From the NCBI GenBank assembly GCA_002269645.1, contig NIVC01000738.1, positions 310,001 through 374,000 on the forward strand: a stretch of 64,000 bases of DNA, read 5' to 3'. Of the stretch, positions 1 through 12,800 are shown piece by piece (within the stretch, counting starts at the first letter, position 1; each line of letters starts with the position of its first letter). The stretch comes from Macrostomum lignano (taxonomy: Eukaryota). The notes under the pieces were generated by a model. That model was not told the origin of the DNA. It was given only the letters and a program-made list of their open reading frames with translations, and ran no database searches. The position numbers and the translations under genes are program-made.

Positions 1-11
1 ACTAGCTTAGA

Positions 12-680
12 CACACCTGTGTCTCACACGGACACACCTGTGTCTCACACGGACACACCTGTCTCACACACTGACACACGTGTCTCACACAGACAAACCT
101 GTGTCTCACACGGACACCTGTCTCACACGGACACACCTGTGTCTCACACGGACACACCTGTCTCACACGGACACACCTGTCTCACACGGACACACCTGTC
201 TCACACGGACACACCTGTGTCTCACACGGACACACCTGTGTCTCACACGGACACACCTGTGTCTCACACTGACACACCTGTGTCTCACACGGACACACCT
301 GTGTCTCACACGGACACACCTGTCTCACACAGACACACCTGTCTCACACAGACACACCTGTCTCACACAGACACACCTGTCTCACACTGACACACCTGTC
401 TCACACGGACACACCTGTCTCATACAGACACACCTGTGTCTCACACGGACACACCTGTCTCACACTGACACAACTGTCTCACACGGACACACCTGTCTCA
501 CACAGACACACCTGTCTCACACGGACACACTTGTCTCACACTGACACACCTGTGTTCCACACGGACACACCTGTGTCTCACCTGGACACACCTGTCTCTG
601 ACACGGACACACCTGTGTCTCACACAGACACACCTGTGTCTCACATGGACACACCTGTCTCTGAAACGGACACACCTGTA
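12..680. repeat. Intronic minisatellite, ~19-21 bp unit (cacacctgtgtctcacacgga)
   Basis: Visible tandem repeat running up to the splice acceptor at 693-694. Confidence 0.95.
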
Positions 681-694
681 CGTCTTCTCCGCAG

Positions 695-3600
695 GTGGGC
701 GCCTCCCTGTTCGCCAGCAACATCGGCTCCGGCCACTTCATCGGGCTGGCCGGCTCGGGCGCGGCCGGAGGCATCGGCATTGCCGTTTTCGAGTTCAGCG
801 CAATGCTGGTCTTGGTTCTGCTCGGCTGGGTCTTTGTCCCGGTGTACATCTCCTCCGGGGTCAGCCTTGTTTGAATTTTTTAGTTCATTTCTTCGATGCT
901 TCACGTGAAACCACAGAATAGACACCTAGCCTAGCCTAGCCTAGAATGCAGAGATTTACCCCAAATTCTCAAACTTTTTAAGTCCCCAGCTGCCAATAAT
1001 ATCGCTGCATTTTCTTATCCCTAATTCACAGAGTTCCTAATCCCCACGCTTTCTCAACACCCTCAGCTCTTCAAAAACAATGCCTCCAGTTCGTAAAAAA
1101 TCCTCTTTCATCGCCGATGTTTGTTTTAGCTAATCGAAGTAATTTTTAATCGTCACAATGCCCCCAGGTGTTCACGATGCCCGAGTACCTGAAAAAGCGG
1201 TTCGGCGGCCAGCGGATCCGGATCTACCTGTCCTGCCTGACCCTCATTCTCTACATCTTCACGAAAGTCTCAGTGAGCAACAGAAGTACAAAGGATTCAA
1301 TTGGGCGGGAGTGGCTTATCTTGTGCTATCGTGGGGCGGACAGTTGGCCCTGTGCTGCGGTTGCTTAGCAACCATTAATTTCAGTTTGTTAAACCTTATA
1401 AGATTCTTTCGGGTACAGAGTGAGTCTCATGACTTTCTTTTCTCGGCCGTTGCCTGCACTCGAAATTAATTCTGATTTATGTAACTACCCACAGCTGCAT
1501 AACTGATAAACTGCCAATGCTTTGCATGCATAGCAACGAATGCCGCTTGCTATGCACGGAGGCCCGCGTGTGTCCTCCGCCTCTTGTCTTGTAAAGTGAA
1601 AGCAGCTTGATTTGCAAAGCATTGCTCAGCGAGCAGTGTTCGTTTGCATGGTTAATCAACTCAGTGCTAAACAATCTCTTTTCGAGCAGGGCAGATAAGA
1701 TAATGCGTGCTCTATGCTATCTCAGCACATGAGACAGAAGGTGACATTGACGGTGACAAGTTCATTTTGTAGCTCAGAGAGTTGCTGAGCGGGGTGTTCG
1801 AACCCTGGGTTGGACGGGAATTGTAAGGCTTGATCAGCTTTGCCGCAGTTCAAATCCGCGTCTGCTCACAATAATTTGGGCCTTAGGTTTGCAGCTCGAT
1901 TCAAGCAAGACCTGCCACCAAAGCCCGGAGTGCAAGCGTGTCTAAGGAAGAGAAATTGGGGCTGCTATTTGGGCCTTAGGTTTGCAGCTCGATTCAAGCA
2001 AGACCTGCCACCAAAGCCCGGAGTGCAAGCGTGTCTAAGGAAGAGAAATTGGGGCTGCTATTTGGGCCTTAGGTTTGCAGCTCGATTCAAGCAAGACCTG
2101 CCACCAAAGCCCGGAGTGCAAGCGTGTCTAAGGAAGAGAAATTGGGGCTGCTATTTGGGCCTTAGGTTTGCAGCTCGATTCAAGCAAGACCTGCCACCAA
2201 AGCCCGGAGTGTAAGCGTGTCTAAGGAAGAGAAATTGGGGCTGCTGTAGACTCAGTGCATCATTGCTTTGATTTGCCTGATTTATGCCACCATACAAACT
2301 GACTCAACAAACTGGTCACTAGTTAGAGCCATCGAGGAGAGCAATAGGCTGATGAGTCGCTGCTCCACCACCGCCTCTTCAGGCCGACCTGTACGCTGGC
2401 GCCGTCTTCATCGAGCAGTCGCTGCAGTTCGACCTGTACGTGGCCGTCATCATCCTGCTGGGCATTGCGGCGCTGTTCACCATTCTGGGCGGGCTTACGG
2501 CCGTGATCTGGACCGACTTCATCCAGACCATCATCATGGTGATTGGCGCGTTCTGGCTCATGATTGCAGGTGAGATCGGGCTTTATTCACCATAAATTAG
2601 CATTCGCAAGCAGTTTCACCGTGAGCTGAGCATTATCGCATTGTCATGCAGATTTATGCAGCTTTCTTGCCCACCCACCGAACTGCTCAGGCGCGACAAA
2701 CAGCCTTAGGCATGCGCGATTTCATTACTCATAAAAAATTGACTTATGCATGCATTATAAGTTATTCAAGTCAACCATATTTGCTTTTTGGTTAAAAGCA
2801 TAGCCTGAATCCCTCAATAGTGTCAGATATCTTACTGTTTAGAAATACTCAGGTCAGAGCTTATGAATTAGGCTAAAGTGCAAATGTGACTATCAGAAGC
2901 ATTCCGAAATAGCTCGTATATCAAAAACGCCGTATAAATACTTAAAGCCAAGTTATGCTCATCACACTTTGAACATTGTTTGCTACCGGTACATAGAGTG
3001 ACTGAGAACTGTGACTTCAAATTAAGCGTAGTTAAGCCAGCCAATGAGGGCCGGAGTCAATGTGCATATCAAGCCAGCCAATGAGGGCCGGAGTCAATGT
3101 GCATATCAAGCCAGCCAATGAGGGCCGGAGTCAATGTGCATATCAAGCCAGCCAATGAGGGCCGGAGTCAATGTGCATATTAAGCCAGCCAATGAGGGCC
3201 GGAGTCAATGTGCATATCAAGCCAGCCAATGAGGGCCGGAGTCAATGTGCATATCAAGCCAGCCAATGAGGGCCGGAGTCAATGTGCATATCAAGCCAGC
3301 CAATGAGGGCCGGAGTCAATGTGCATATCAAGCCAGCCAATGAGGGCCGGAGTCAATGTGCATATCAAGCCATGTAGCCAATTGAGGGCCGGAGTCAATG
3401 TGCATATCAAGCCATGTAGCCAATTGAGGGCCGGAGTCAATGTGCATATCAAGCCAGCCAATGAGGGCCGGAGTCAATGTGCATATCAAGCCATGTAGCC
3501 AATTGAGGGCCGGAGTCAATGTGCATATCAAGCCAGCCAATGAGGGCCGGAGTCAATGTGCATATCAAGCCATGTAGCCAATTGAGGGCCGGAGTCAATG

Positions 3601-6600
3601 TGCATATCAAGCCAGCCAATGAGGGCCGGAGTCAATGTGCATATCAAGCCATGTAGCCAATTGAGGGCCGGAGTCAATGTGCATATCAAGCCAGCCAATG
3701 AGGGTCGGAGTCAATGTGCATATCAAGCCAGCCAATGAGGGCCGGAGTCAATGTGCATATCAAGCCAGCCAATGAGGGCCGGAGTCAATGTGCATATCAA
3801 GCCATGTAGCCAATTGAGGGCCGGAGTCAATGTGCATATCAAGCCATGTAGCCAATTGAGGGCCGGAGTCAATGTGCATATCAAGCCAGCCAATGAGGGC
3901 CGGAGTCAATGTGCATATCAAGCCAGCCAATGAGGGCCGGAGTCAATGTGCATATCAAGCCAGCCAATGAGGGCCGGAGTCAATGTTCATACTGAAGCAG
4001 TTAATTTGAACCCGAGTCAATTTACACAATTTAGCCAATCCGTTGCAATATGAAATTAGTGTTACACTTGAACGGGAATTCATTCATTCTCTTTCATTCA
4101 TCCAGGCTTTATCGAGGTAGGCGGATACGAAGAAATGGTCCGCTTGTTTCCCATCCGCCTGGCCAAGGACATCCTCACTTCGAACACCTCCTGCGGTGTC
4201 ATACCAGAAACCTCCATGAACTTGATGAAGCCGATCGACGATGACCAGCTTCCGTGGCTCGGCGCCACTATGGGACTCGCCGTGAACGCCATCTGGTACT
4301 GGTGCAGCGACCAGGTACGGCTGGGACACCGGTTGCTAAAGCCTTTGAAAAGTTTAACTGGATCCCATAAGTCAACTAGCAAAAGCGCCAGGGATAAAGG
4401 GGAAAATGGGGATTTCACATCACACAACGTGAAAACAAACTGTGACCTCCCGCTGCTCGCGAGACTGCTGTGGCAATATTGAGAGTCGTCACAGCCAGCC
4501 CCTCCTACACCATGCACAGGTGATTGTCCAGCGCGCTCTTGCGGCGAAGAACTTCACCTACGCGAAGGCGGGCACTCTGCTGGCGGGCTACCTGAAGCTG
4601 CTGCCCATGTGGCTGCTGGTGTTCCCCGGCATGATCTCCCGAGTCCTGTTTCCCGGTGAGTGAGCTGCTAGATTGTGAGCTGCTGGGTGTGAGCTGCTAG
4701 ATTGTGAGCTGCTAGATTGTGAGCTGCTAGATTGTGAGCTGCTAGATTGTGAGCTGCTAGATTGTGAGCTGCCGGATTGTAAGCTGCTAGATTGTGAGCT
4801 GCTGGATTGTCAGCTCCTAGATTGTGAGCTGCTAGATTGTGAGCTGCTAGATTGTGAGCTGCTGGATTGTAAGCTGCTGGGTTGTGAGCTGCTGGGTTGT
4901 GAGCTGCCGGATTGTGAACTGCTGGATTGTGAGCTGCTGGGTGTGAGCTCCCTTCCAGCTGCTGGCTAATGTTCTCGCGTCACGCTCCTCAGACACCGTC
5001 GGCTGCTCGGACCCTGCGATCTGCAAGGACATGTGCGACAAGGAGAGCGGCTGCACCGACCTGGCCTACCCGACGCTCGTGCTGCAACTCCTCGGCGACG
5101 GACCGCGGGGCCTCATGATGGCCGTCATGATCTCATCTCTGGTGTCCTCGCTGACCTCGATCTTCAACTCGGCCTCGACCATTTTCACCATCGACATCTG
5201 GAAGCGAATCCGCAGCCACGCGCCGGATATGGAACTCATGATCGTTGGGCGGTGAGTGCCAGTGGTTTGAGTGCCAGCTTTCAGGTTGCTTGCGAAATCG
5301 AATCTCGCAGCAAACTTATAATGACTGGTATTGCAGAGTCTTTGTCCTGGGCATGGTCGCTGTCGGAGTCGCCTGGATACCAATTGTGAAGTCAGGTGCG
5401 GAGCTTTTCCACTACATCCAGGCTGTGACCAGCTACCTGTCGCCGCCGGTCTGCGCAGTGTACATGGCCGCCGTCCTGTGGAAACGCTGCAACGAGAAGG
5501 TGCGGCTTGCTCTGTTTTTAAACGGAGAAGAGAAGGAAAAGAGAAATGGAGATGAGGGGAAGAGGAGGAGAATAAGAGGTGGGGGAGGGGAATAAGTGGA
5601 AGAGGAGAATAAGAAGTGGAGGGGAGGAGGGGAAGAAGACGTGGGGGTGTAATGAGAGCTGGAGGAGGGGAATAAGAGGTGGAGGAGGGGAATTAAGAGG
5701 TGGGGGAGGGGAATTAAGAGGTGGGGGAGGGGAATAAGAAGTGGAGGAGGAGAATAAGAAGTGGAGGGGAGGAGGGGAATAAGAGGTGGGGGAGCGGAAT
5801 GAGAGGTGGAGGAGGGGAATAAGAAGTGGAGGGGAGGAGGGGAATAAGAGGTGGGGGAGGGGAATAAAAGGTGGGGGAGGGGAATAAGAGGTGGGGGAGG
5901 GGAATAAGAGGTGGGGGAGGGGAATAAGAGGTGGGGGAGGGGAATAAGAGGTGGGGAGGGGAATAAGAGGTGGGGGAGGGGAATAAGAGGTGGGGGAGGG
6001 GAATAAGAGGTGGGGGAGGGGAATAAGAGGTGGGGGAGGGGAATAAGAGGTGGAGGGGAGGAGGGGAATAAGAGGTGGGGGAGGGGAATAAGAGGTGGGG
6101 GAGGAATAAGAGGTGGGGGAGGGGAATAAGAGGTGGGGGAGGGGAATAAGAGGTGGGGGAGGGGAATAAGAGGTGGGGGAGGGGAATAAGAGGTGGGGGA
6201 GGGGAATAAGAGGTGGGGGAGGGGAATAAGAGGTGGGGGAGGGGAATAAGAGGTGGGGGAGGGGAATGAGACCTGTAACTTTGAGGAAATAGTTTTGTCC
6301 TCATGAAACACTCAAATTCCGAGTTTCAATGTAACGGACGGCTCTTGAGTTTCATTGTCGCACGTTCGCGGCTGCTCCCCACCACAGGGCGCATTCTGGG
6401 GCCTGATCGTTGGCTTCGTGGTCGGCATGATCCGCTTCATCGTGGAATACTCCTATGAAAAATTCTCCTGCCACGAGGCCTACAAGAGCACGCTGCCTGA
6501 CGTGATCGGCAAGATGCACTATCTGCACTTCGGCATTCTGCTGTTCGTCATCAGCCTGATTGTCATCGTTGTGGTGTCGCTGCTCACCGAGCCGATCCCG

Positions 6601-8863
6601 GATGTTCACGTGAGTAGCACAGGCAGGTGCCAGTGGGAATGGCAGGTGGCAAGAAGCAATGTCAGTGAGGACACTTCAATATCATGGAAAATTTTCCGAA
6701 TAAAGTACATGTCGATAAGTATTGTACTATTAAAGACTAGATCGAGCGAAACTGAAAATCAGGTTTTGCCGCCGGCAACCTTCAATACTCAGTGAGCAAA
6801 ACGGGAGCCCGTGCCAGCGGCCCAGGCTCGATTCCAAGTGCAGTCACATTAATTTGGGGCTGAATTGGAATCTCGGATTGGCTCTGATCTGGCAATTAAC
6901 GCCATTGAGGGCCAAACCCCAAGGCACGGTGAAGTGTACATGCCTTGAACGATAAATGAAGTTAGGGCCGCTGTACACTCCTGTGTGAGTGTGTGCCTGT
7001 GCGTATGACTGTATACGTATCCGCGCGCTTGTGTGCCTGCTCAGGAGAGTCGGCGGAATGGGCACTAATGTCTCTCGCCGGTTGTGGGACAATGTCGGGG
7101 TGCACACAGCCCCTGCCTCTAATAAGAAGAATCCGTGAACAAAACTTCAGAAAAACTTTGAGCTCTAAGAAGGTCTGTAGTTTCACTCGAACTATCTTTG
7201 ATGCCCGCGCACTGCAGCTGCACCGCCTGACCTTCTGGGACCGCTACTCGGAACTGGAGCGGGTGGACATGCCCGAGGATGAGGTCAGGTGCGCCTGCCG
7301 CGGCGAGGCGGAGGAGGCCGACACCGACAATGCGCCCGACAACAACGGCAAGGACAATCTGGGCTTCTATGGCTCCAAGAAGTCGCTGCAGAAGGAGGAG
7401 CAGCCGGGCACGGCTCGCGACGTTGAATTTGCTGCGACTGGTGAGGATGGCCGTGAGGGATTTCTCAACTCTTCGGGAAATTTGCTTTGAACTCAATTGG
7501 AAGCCTGCTATCGATTGCTTACGTAACATTATTAATATTTGTGCAGCCGTATAATCTCCTGGTCATTGTGCTCCCGAATGTGCAGTCTGGCTTTGATTGC
7601 GTGTTGGAAGAATTTTACAGGATGTAGAGGCGTGAATATTGACACCAGGGGTTGGCAACCTCTTTACTTCCGGACAGGTGGAGAATCTTCGCATGACTGC
7701 GTGCAACAGGAGGGGGAGAGGAGATGGAATAGAAAAGAGAAGAGAGGAGAGTAGATAAAGGATAGGAGAGAAGAAAGAGAAAAAAGGAAAGAGAGGAGAG
7801 GAGAAGAGAGGAGAGGAGAGGAGAGGAGAGGAGAGGAGAGGAGAGGAGAGGAGAGGAGAGGAGAGGAGAGGAGAGGAGAGGAGAGGAGAGGAGAGGAGAG
7901 GAGAGGAGAGAGAAAAGAAAATGAGAAAGAAGATAGAAAAAAACTTGAAAGATGGAAGAGAAGAAAGGAAGTAATATGAGAGAGAAGAGAGGAAAGAACA
8001 TGGGAGAGAAGAGAGAATAGGGGAGAGAGGAGAGGAGAGAGGAGAGTAGAAAGGAAAGGAGAGAGGAGGGGAGAGAGGAGGGGAGAGAGGAGGGGAGAGA
8101 GGAAAGGAGAGAGGAGGGGAGAGAGGAGGGGAGAGAGGAAAGGAGAGAGAAGGGGAGAGAGGAGAGGAGAGAGGAGAGAGAGGAGAGAACGTGGGAGAGA
8201 AGAGAGAATAGAGAGAGACACCAAACTTGAGCGGCTGGGTGGCTAATGTGGGGGTCAAGCAATCCGAGGCCCTGCATACGAGCGTAGAGAGGCTTGGCGG
8301 GCAGGAGTTTGCCGATCCCTGATTTACAGCTAAATTCGAATCGTTCCCTTGTTTGCCGGTTTCTTTAAAAGAGCATGCAATATGTCACAGTTTTCAACCA
8401 GATTTCGCTCAATTACGAGCTACATCTCTGAGCGCCTACATGCGACAGGCCAGGATCGGTTTCTGAGTCTTCACTCTTCGTCATCTGGACTTTCCCGAGC
8501 ACACTTTCGAAGTTCGATAAAAACTATTAGTGCATACACTAAGATTTTTGCACACACTAAGAGATCCGCTTTAAATTCTTCGCTTGCTACTCTTCAGTAG
8601 GCCCTCTCGAACCCTCACTGGCCGCCACCCGAACCCCCGCACCCGCAGCGCCCCCGCCCTGGTACGTGCGCGCCGGCAAGTGGGTCTGCGGCATCGAGGA
8701 CGAAGTGGAGGACCCCGCCGCTCACATCGATCCCGAAGAGCTCAAGCGCTTGGAGAAGGAGGCTGTATCGCTGGACGAGGACCCTAAGATGAAGCGAGTT
8801 GTCGACATCAACGCCTTCATTATCGTCACCGTCTGCCTGTTCGTCTGGGGCTTCTACGCCTAG
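695..8863 (+). CDS. SLC5/SGLT-family sodium:solute (glucose/inositol) symporter, 5' partial, 10 exons
   Basis: Exons 695-859, 1168-1272, 2383-2569, 4106-4314, 4520-4655, 4993-5251, 5337-5499, 6388-6609, 7218-7440 and 8598/8601-8863. All introns are GT-AG and phases are consistent. SSF motifs: [79 protein letters not shown]. Confidence 0.93.
1876..2245. repeat. 93-bp tandem repeat, 4 copies, intronic
   Basis: Unit ttgggccttaggtttgcagctcg...ggggctgcta repeats at a 93-nt period. Confidence 0.92.
3035..3990. repeat. 37/41-bp minisatellite with a CCAAT in every unit
   Basis: Unit agccagccaatgagggccggagtcaatgtgcatatca; a variant carries tgtagccaattgag. Confidence 0.95.
4665..4945. repeat. 15-bp minisatellite (gctagattgtgagct)
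   Basis: Visible tandem repeat filling the intron 4656-4992. Confidence 0.9.
5560..6268. repeat. 20-bp G-rich purine minisatellite (gaggtgggggaggggaataa)
   Basis: Visible tandem repeat. Confidence 0.92.
7720..8220. repeat. (GAGAG)n-type polypurine low-complexity tract
   Basis: Visible. Confidence 0.9.
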
Positions 8864-9575
8864 CGGGTCCCAACCGCTAAAACGCACTGCACAAGCGCCG
8901 TGTTTCCAACAGTAGCTATCAAAAAACTGATTATTGGCTCTCAGACTGCATATCGAAGCTAAAATGAGATGTATATACAATACTAATGTATTATGCTCAC
9001 TCAGCAACACAAAAAGCTCTCTAGTTGCTGGCCTAGCAGAGCTGGGCCTTCGTTGGAATTAAAACTTAGCAATTAAATCTTCGGATTTTCGGAAGTAAAG
9101 CTCAGATAACTGAAATGTTGCTGCAGAATGCGGCAGAGCTGTGCTCAGAATGTCACAAGTTTGAAAATTTGCTTATTGCTGAAAAGTTGAGATAACTGTT
9201 GTATTGCAAATTTTTCAACTTTAACAAATTCAAGCAGAACCGGTCCACATTGCTACTGAGAGTAGTGCTGTTGCATCACTGAAAATTTCCCCTGGAAGTG
9301 CCGAAAATAAAAAAAACAGCAAAATAAATCACAAACAAATTTCTCGCCGAGTCTTATCCCATGAACTTTTAAATAGGCAGGAATCGCTAACACAATTTTT
9401 ATTCGCATCATTCATTTAAAATTACTTATAACCGAAACTCAGATGAGTCACAATGCACCTGCACACCTCAACCACCAATCTCAGTTTGGAATGCAGCAAA
9501 TCGGGTGAAATGTCTGCAACCCATGTGCTTTACTGCAGTTTTTATTACGTGACAAGTGACTCTCACTCGTCAACT

Positions 9576-11743
9576 TTATTCGCTGCCACCCGCCATGGCC
9601 AGCAGCGAAGGCAGAGTGTCGGGATCCAGGTTGCCTCCGGTGAGGACAACTCCAATGTGGCGCAGATGATCGGGCAGGCAGTCCGCTGCGGCGAACACTG
9701 CGGCGTGCAGAGCCGCGGCGCTGGCTGGCTCGATGACCTGACGGCACGGAGCGTTTGGGGCGACAGTCAGGGAGATTTTTTAGCCTTTCTTCATCCCCTC
9801 TCCTACAGGTGACTTGCGCTGCCCTTCTGTCCTGCTCTACCTTAAACAGACTCCTGACGCACCTGCTTCAGGTAGCGGAAGGCCAGGCGACAGCCCAGCG
9901 CCATTTCGGCGTCCGAGACAGACAGCACGTCGGGCTGGACGAGGTCGCAAAGCACCGGGAAGGTGAGCTCCCCCGCCGACTGCAGCCGCAGGCCATCTGC
10001 GATGGTCGTCAAGAAGGCGTCGGGGTTTGGCCATAGAGGTTGGCGGGCCGCCAGGCATTTGGCGAGGCCTTTACCGGCTGGCTCCACGCAGTGAACGCGG
10101 AGCTCCGGCTTCAGGTGGCGGCAGGCCACCGCGATGCCGCTGCTGAGGCCGCCGCCGCTGATGGGCACCTGCAGGTCAGGAAGGTCGGTGGCGGTATGTA
10201 GCCATTAGGCGCACTCAAAATATTTTGTTTATGGTTTACATCCTCTGAGAATGTTCCGGTCCGATAATTTGGCCTTGGACACTTTGTTCTGTTTCGGTTT
10301 CATGCTCAAAATCTGAAGTTTCCAACGTTTCCTGCGAGCTAGACATTGAATTTCGACGATAATAGTAGAAAAACAAAAAACATGCTTGTGTGCACCGATG
10401 GTTGTACATGCGGTAGCTATTAAACGTTTAAAGAAAATTTATGTAACTTTATGAGAATTGTATGTAAATTTTTGAGTCGCATATGCTGCGTATGTAAGTT
10501 GTACTCGTATGATATCTTAAATTCGTACGAATTGTTTCATTTCTCCAGAACAGTTCCCAGTTAAGATGAAACTACAATACACGAGTTCGTTACACGTAGG
10601 TACACGAAAATACGCCACAAAACTTGACTCATGCTAGGCATCTTGCTAGACTTTCGGTTGTACGAGTAGCATGAGGGCTTGGAGACAAAGTGATTCGGGT
10701 TGCTTGCACAAACGCGAAACTTCACACCCGCTAAATGTAACTTTAGTTGGTGATTTAGCTATTACGAAGTTTCGCTGTTGCAAAAGTAGATAACATTTAG
10801 AGGTTATGAAATTTCGCGTTTATGAAATCCCCCGCGGATGAGAGGGGAAGTATCTGGCCAGTTTGATGTGGCCACGAACACGGATTGCAACCCGGGCTAT
10901 CATGGAGCAAGAGTCAGAAGCGTCAATTGCTGAGCTGCGCTGGCTCGAGCACGAGAATTCGCCTGGCAACTCTCGCCTGAAAACCATGAGAAAATCGGGG
11001 CCGCCGTTGCTTTGATTTGTGGGAGTGCCTGAAGCCCCACTGCAGGTACAAGCTAACAAACAGAGCACCAGGGTCTTACCAAGACAGCGTCCAGCTCGGG
11101 CACCTGCTCCAGCAGCTCCAGGGCCACGGTGCCCTGCCCAGCCATCACGCGGTAGTCGTCAAACGGCGGCACCACAACAAGGCCGCGCTCCTCGGCCAGC
11201 CGAGCGCAAGCCTGGCGCCGGGCGCGCATATTCGGCTCGCAGAGGACCATCTCTGCTCCGTAGGCTCGGATGGCTGCCGTCTTGGCTGGCGAGGTGCCCT
11301 CGGGCACCACCACGCAGCAGGTGAGGCCGCATTCTCGGGCTGCCCAGGCCAGGGCTTAGTTAGGGATAAAGTTGAAATTTGTACGAGGAAAAACTTCCGC
11401 TTTGTAAAAGCCATTGGCAAATGAGCCGCACCTGCCCGTGGTTGCCGCTGCTGTGCGTCGCCACTCCAGCAGGCGTGGCGCGGCCGTTCTCCCGCGCCTC
11501 TTCCAGCAGGCACAGGACGGCGTTCAGCGCTCCGCGCGCCTTGAAGCTGCCAGTCCGCTGCAGGTGTTCGCACTTGAAATACAGCTGGCGCGATGACATG
11601 GCGTCCAGAATTCTGCTGGTCATCACCGGCGTGCGGTGCAGCCGGTCGCGCAGACGCTGCGCTGCAGAGGCGATTTTATCGAATGATATTTGCTTAGAAT
11701 GGTGGGGCGCTGCGGCCGCGGCTGTTGGAGTCGAGACCGACAT
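9576..11743 (-). CDS. SRR: Serine racemase / serine-threonine dehydratase (PLP fold II), 4 exons
   Basis: Exons 11743-11432, 11354-11080, 10168-9863 and 9737-9576. Motifs: FKCEHLQRTGSFKARGA (PLP lysine), HSSGNHGQ, PFDD..VMAGQGT, VPISGGGL, IADGL, GVVLTGGNLD. The exon 1/2 junction is one nt short as assembled. AATAAA overlaps the TAA stop. Confidence 0.9.
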
Positions 11744-12282
11744 CTTTGCATTGGTTTTATTGAATTCAGTTATTCAATCAATCCTGAGGTTCGTGAAAAC
11801 TGCTAAAAATTGGCTTTCGAAATCTCGTATGCTTTGTTGTGGCCCTCGCCATGCAGTATTCAACCCTAATCTCTCCCTTGCGAATGCTTATCTGACATTT
11901 TAGCAAGACACAGATGAACAGTTCCAAGCATTTACTTAGCGAATAGTCGAAGTGTACATATACAATCGTGCAGTCTATGCATGCACTGTACATGTGCATG
12001 CAATACCAGTGCACACTCCCTCTAACGAATAGGTTAAATACATGTCAGACAAGCTGTACGCTGTTTCCTCTGGCTACGTGACTGGCGCTTTTTTCTCTCA
12101 TTCTATTGTTCGGAAGACGATATTTTGACAGCTGTGACCTTTCACCCTTATAAGTATATTCGTTTTAATCCTAGTCACCTCATAGATAATCCCATCTCAC
12201 TCTCCTCTTCATCAAAAATCTAATGTACGAGTATATTTTCAGGTTAATTTTGAACCTGGCATCGCTGAAACTCATAAATCAT

Positions 12283-12800
12283 AGTAGTAGGAAAGTGGTA
12301 CCCTCTACCGCCATCGCACCGGATTGGCCGGGGCACCCGGCCAATGAGGGGAGAGGGCGCCCCGAAGACGCCCACCCCGACGCCAAACCCACCCCGACCC
12401 CCAAACCCACCCCGACCCCAAACCCACCACCGCCACGCACCCAATCCCGACCCCAAACCCACGCACCCACCCCCGACCCCAAACCAGGCCCCCTCCTGTC
12501 CTACACCCCTCCTGTCCTGCACCCCGTGCATCCCATACCAAGACCCCCTCCTGTCCTGCACCCCGTGCATCCCATACCAAGACCCCCTCCTGTCCTGCAC
12601 CCCGTGCATCCCATACCAAGACCCCCTCCTGTCCTGCACCCCGTGCATCCCATACCAAGACCCCCTCCTGTCCTGCACCCCATGCATCCCATACCAAGAC
12701 CCCCTCCTGTCCTACACCCCTCCTGTCCTGCACCCCGTGCATCCCATACCAAGACCCCCTCCTGTCCTGCACCCCATGCATCCCATACCAAGGCCCCCTC
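12283..12800 (+). repeat. Left terminal inverted repeat, including an expanded 39-bp tandem array at ~12490-12790
   Basis: agtagtaggaaagtggtaccctctaccgccatcgcaccggattggcc... matches the reverse complement of the region ending at 23319. The 39-bp unit is ccccctcctgtcctgcaccccgtgcatcccataccaaga. Confidence 0.92.

Noticed and set aside
19-925. SHTDTPV-repeat ORFs
   Set aside because: Minisatellite translation; the real exon here is SLC5 695-859.
1768-1815. tRNA/SINE-like A- and B-box motifs (tagctcag...gttcgaac)
   Set aside because: No cloverleaf and the match is too short to support a feature.
3035-3990. CRISPR-like appearance of 37-bp and other regular repeats
   Set aside because: Units are contiguous without unique spacers, there are no cas genes, and the context is a eukaryotic intron.
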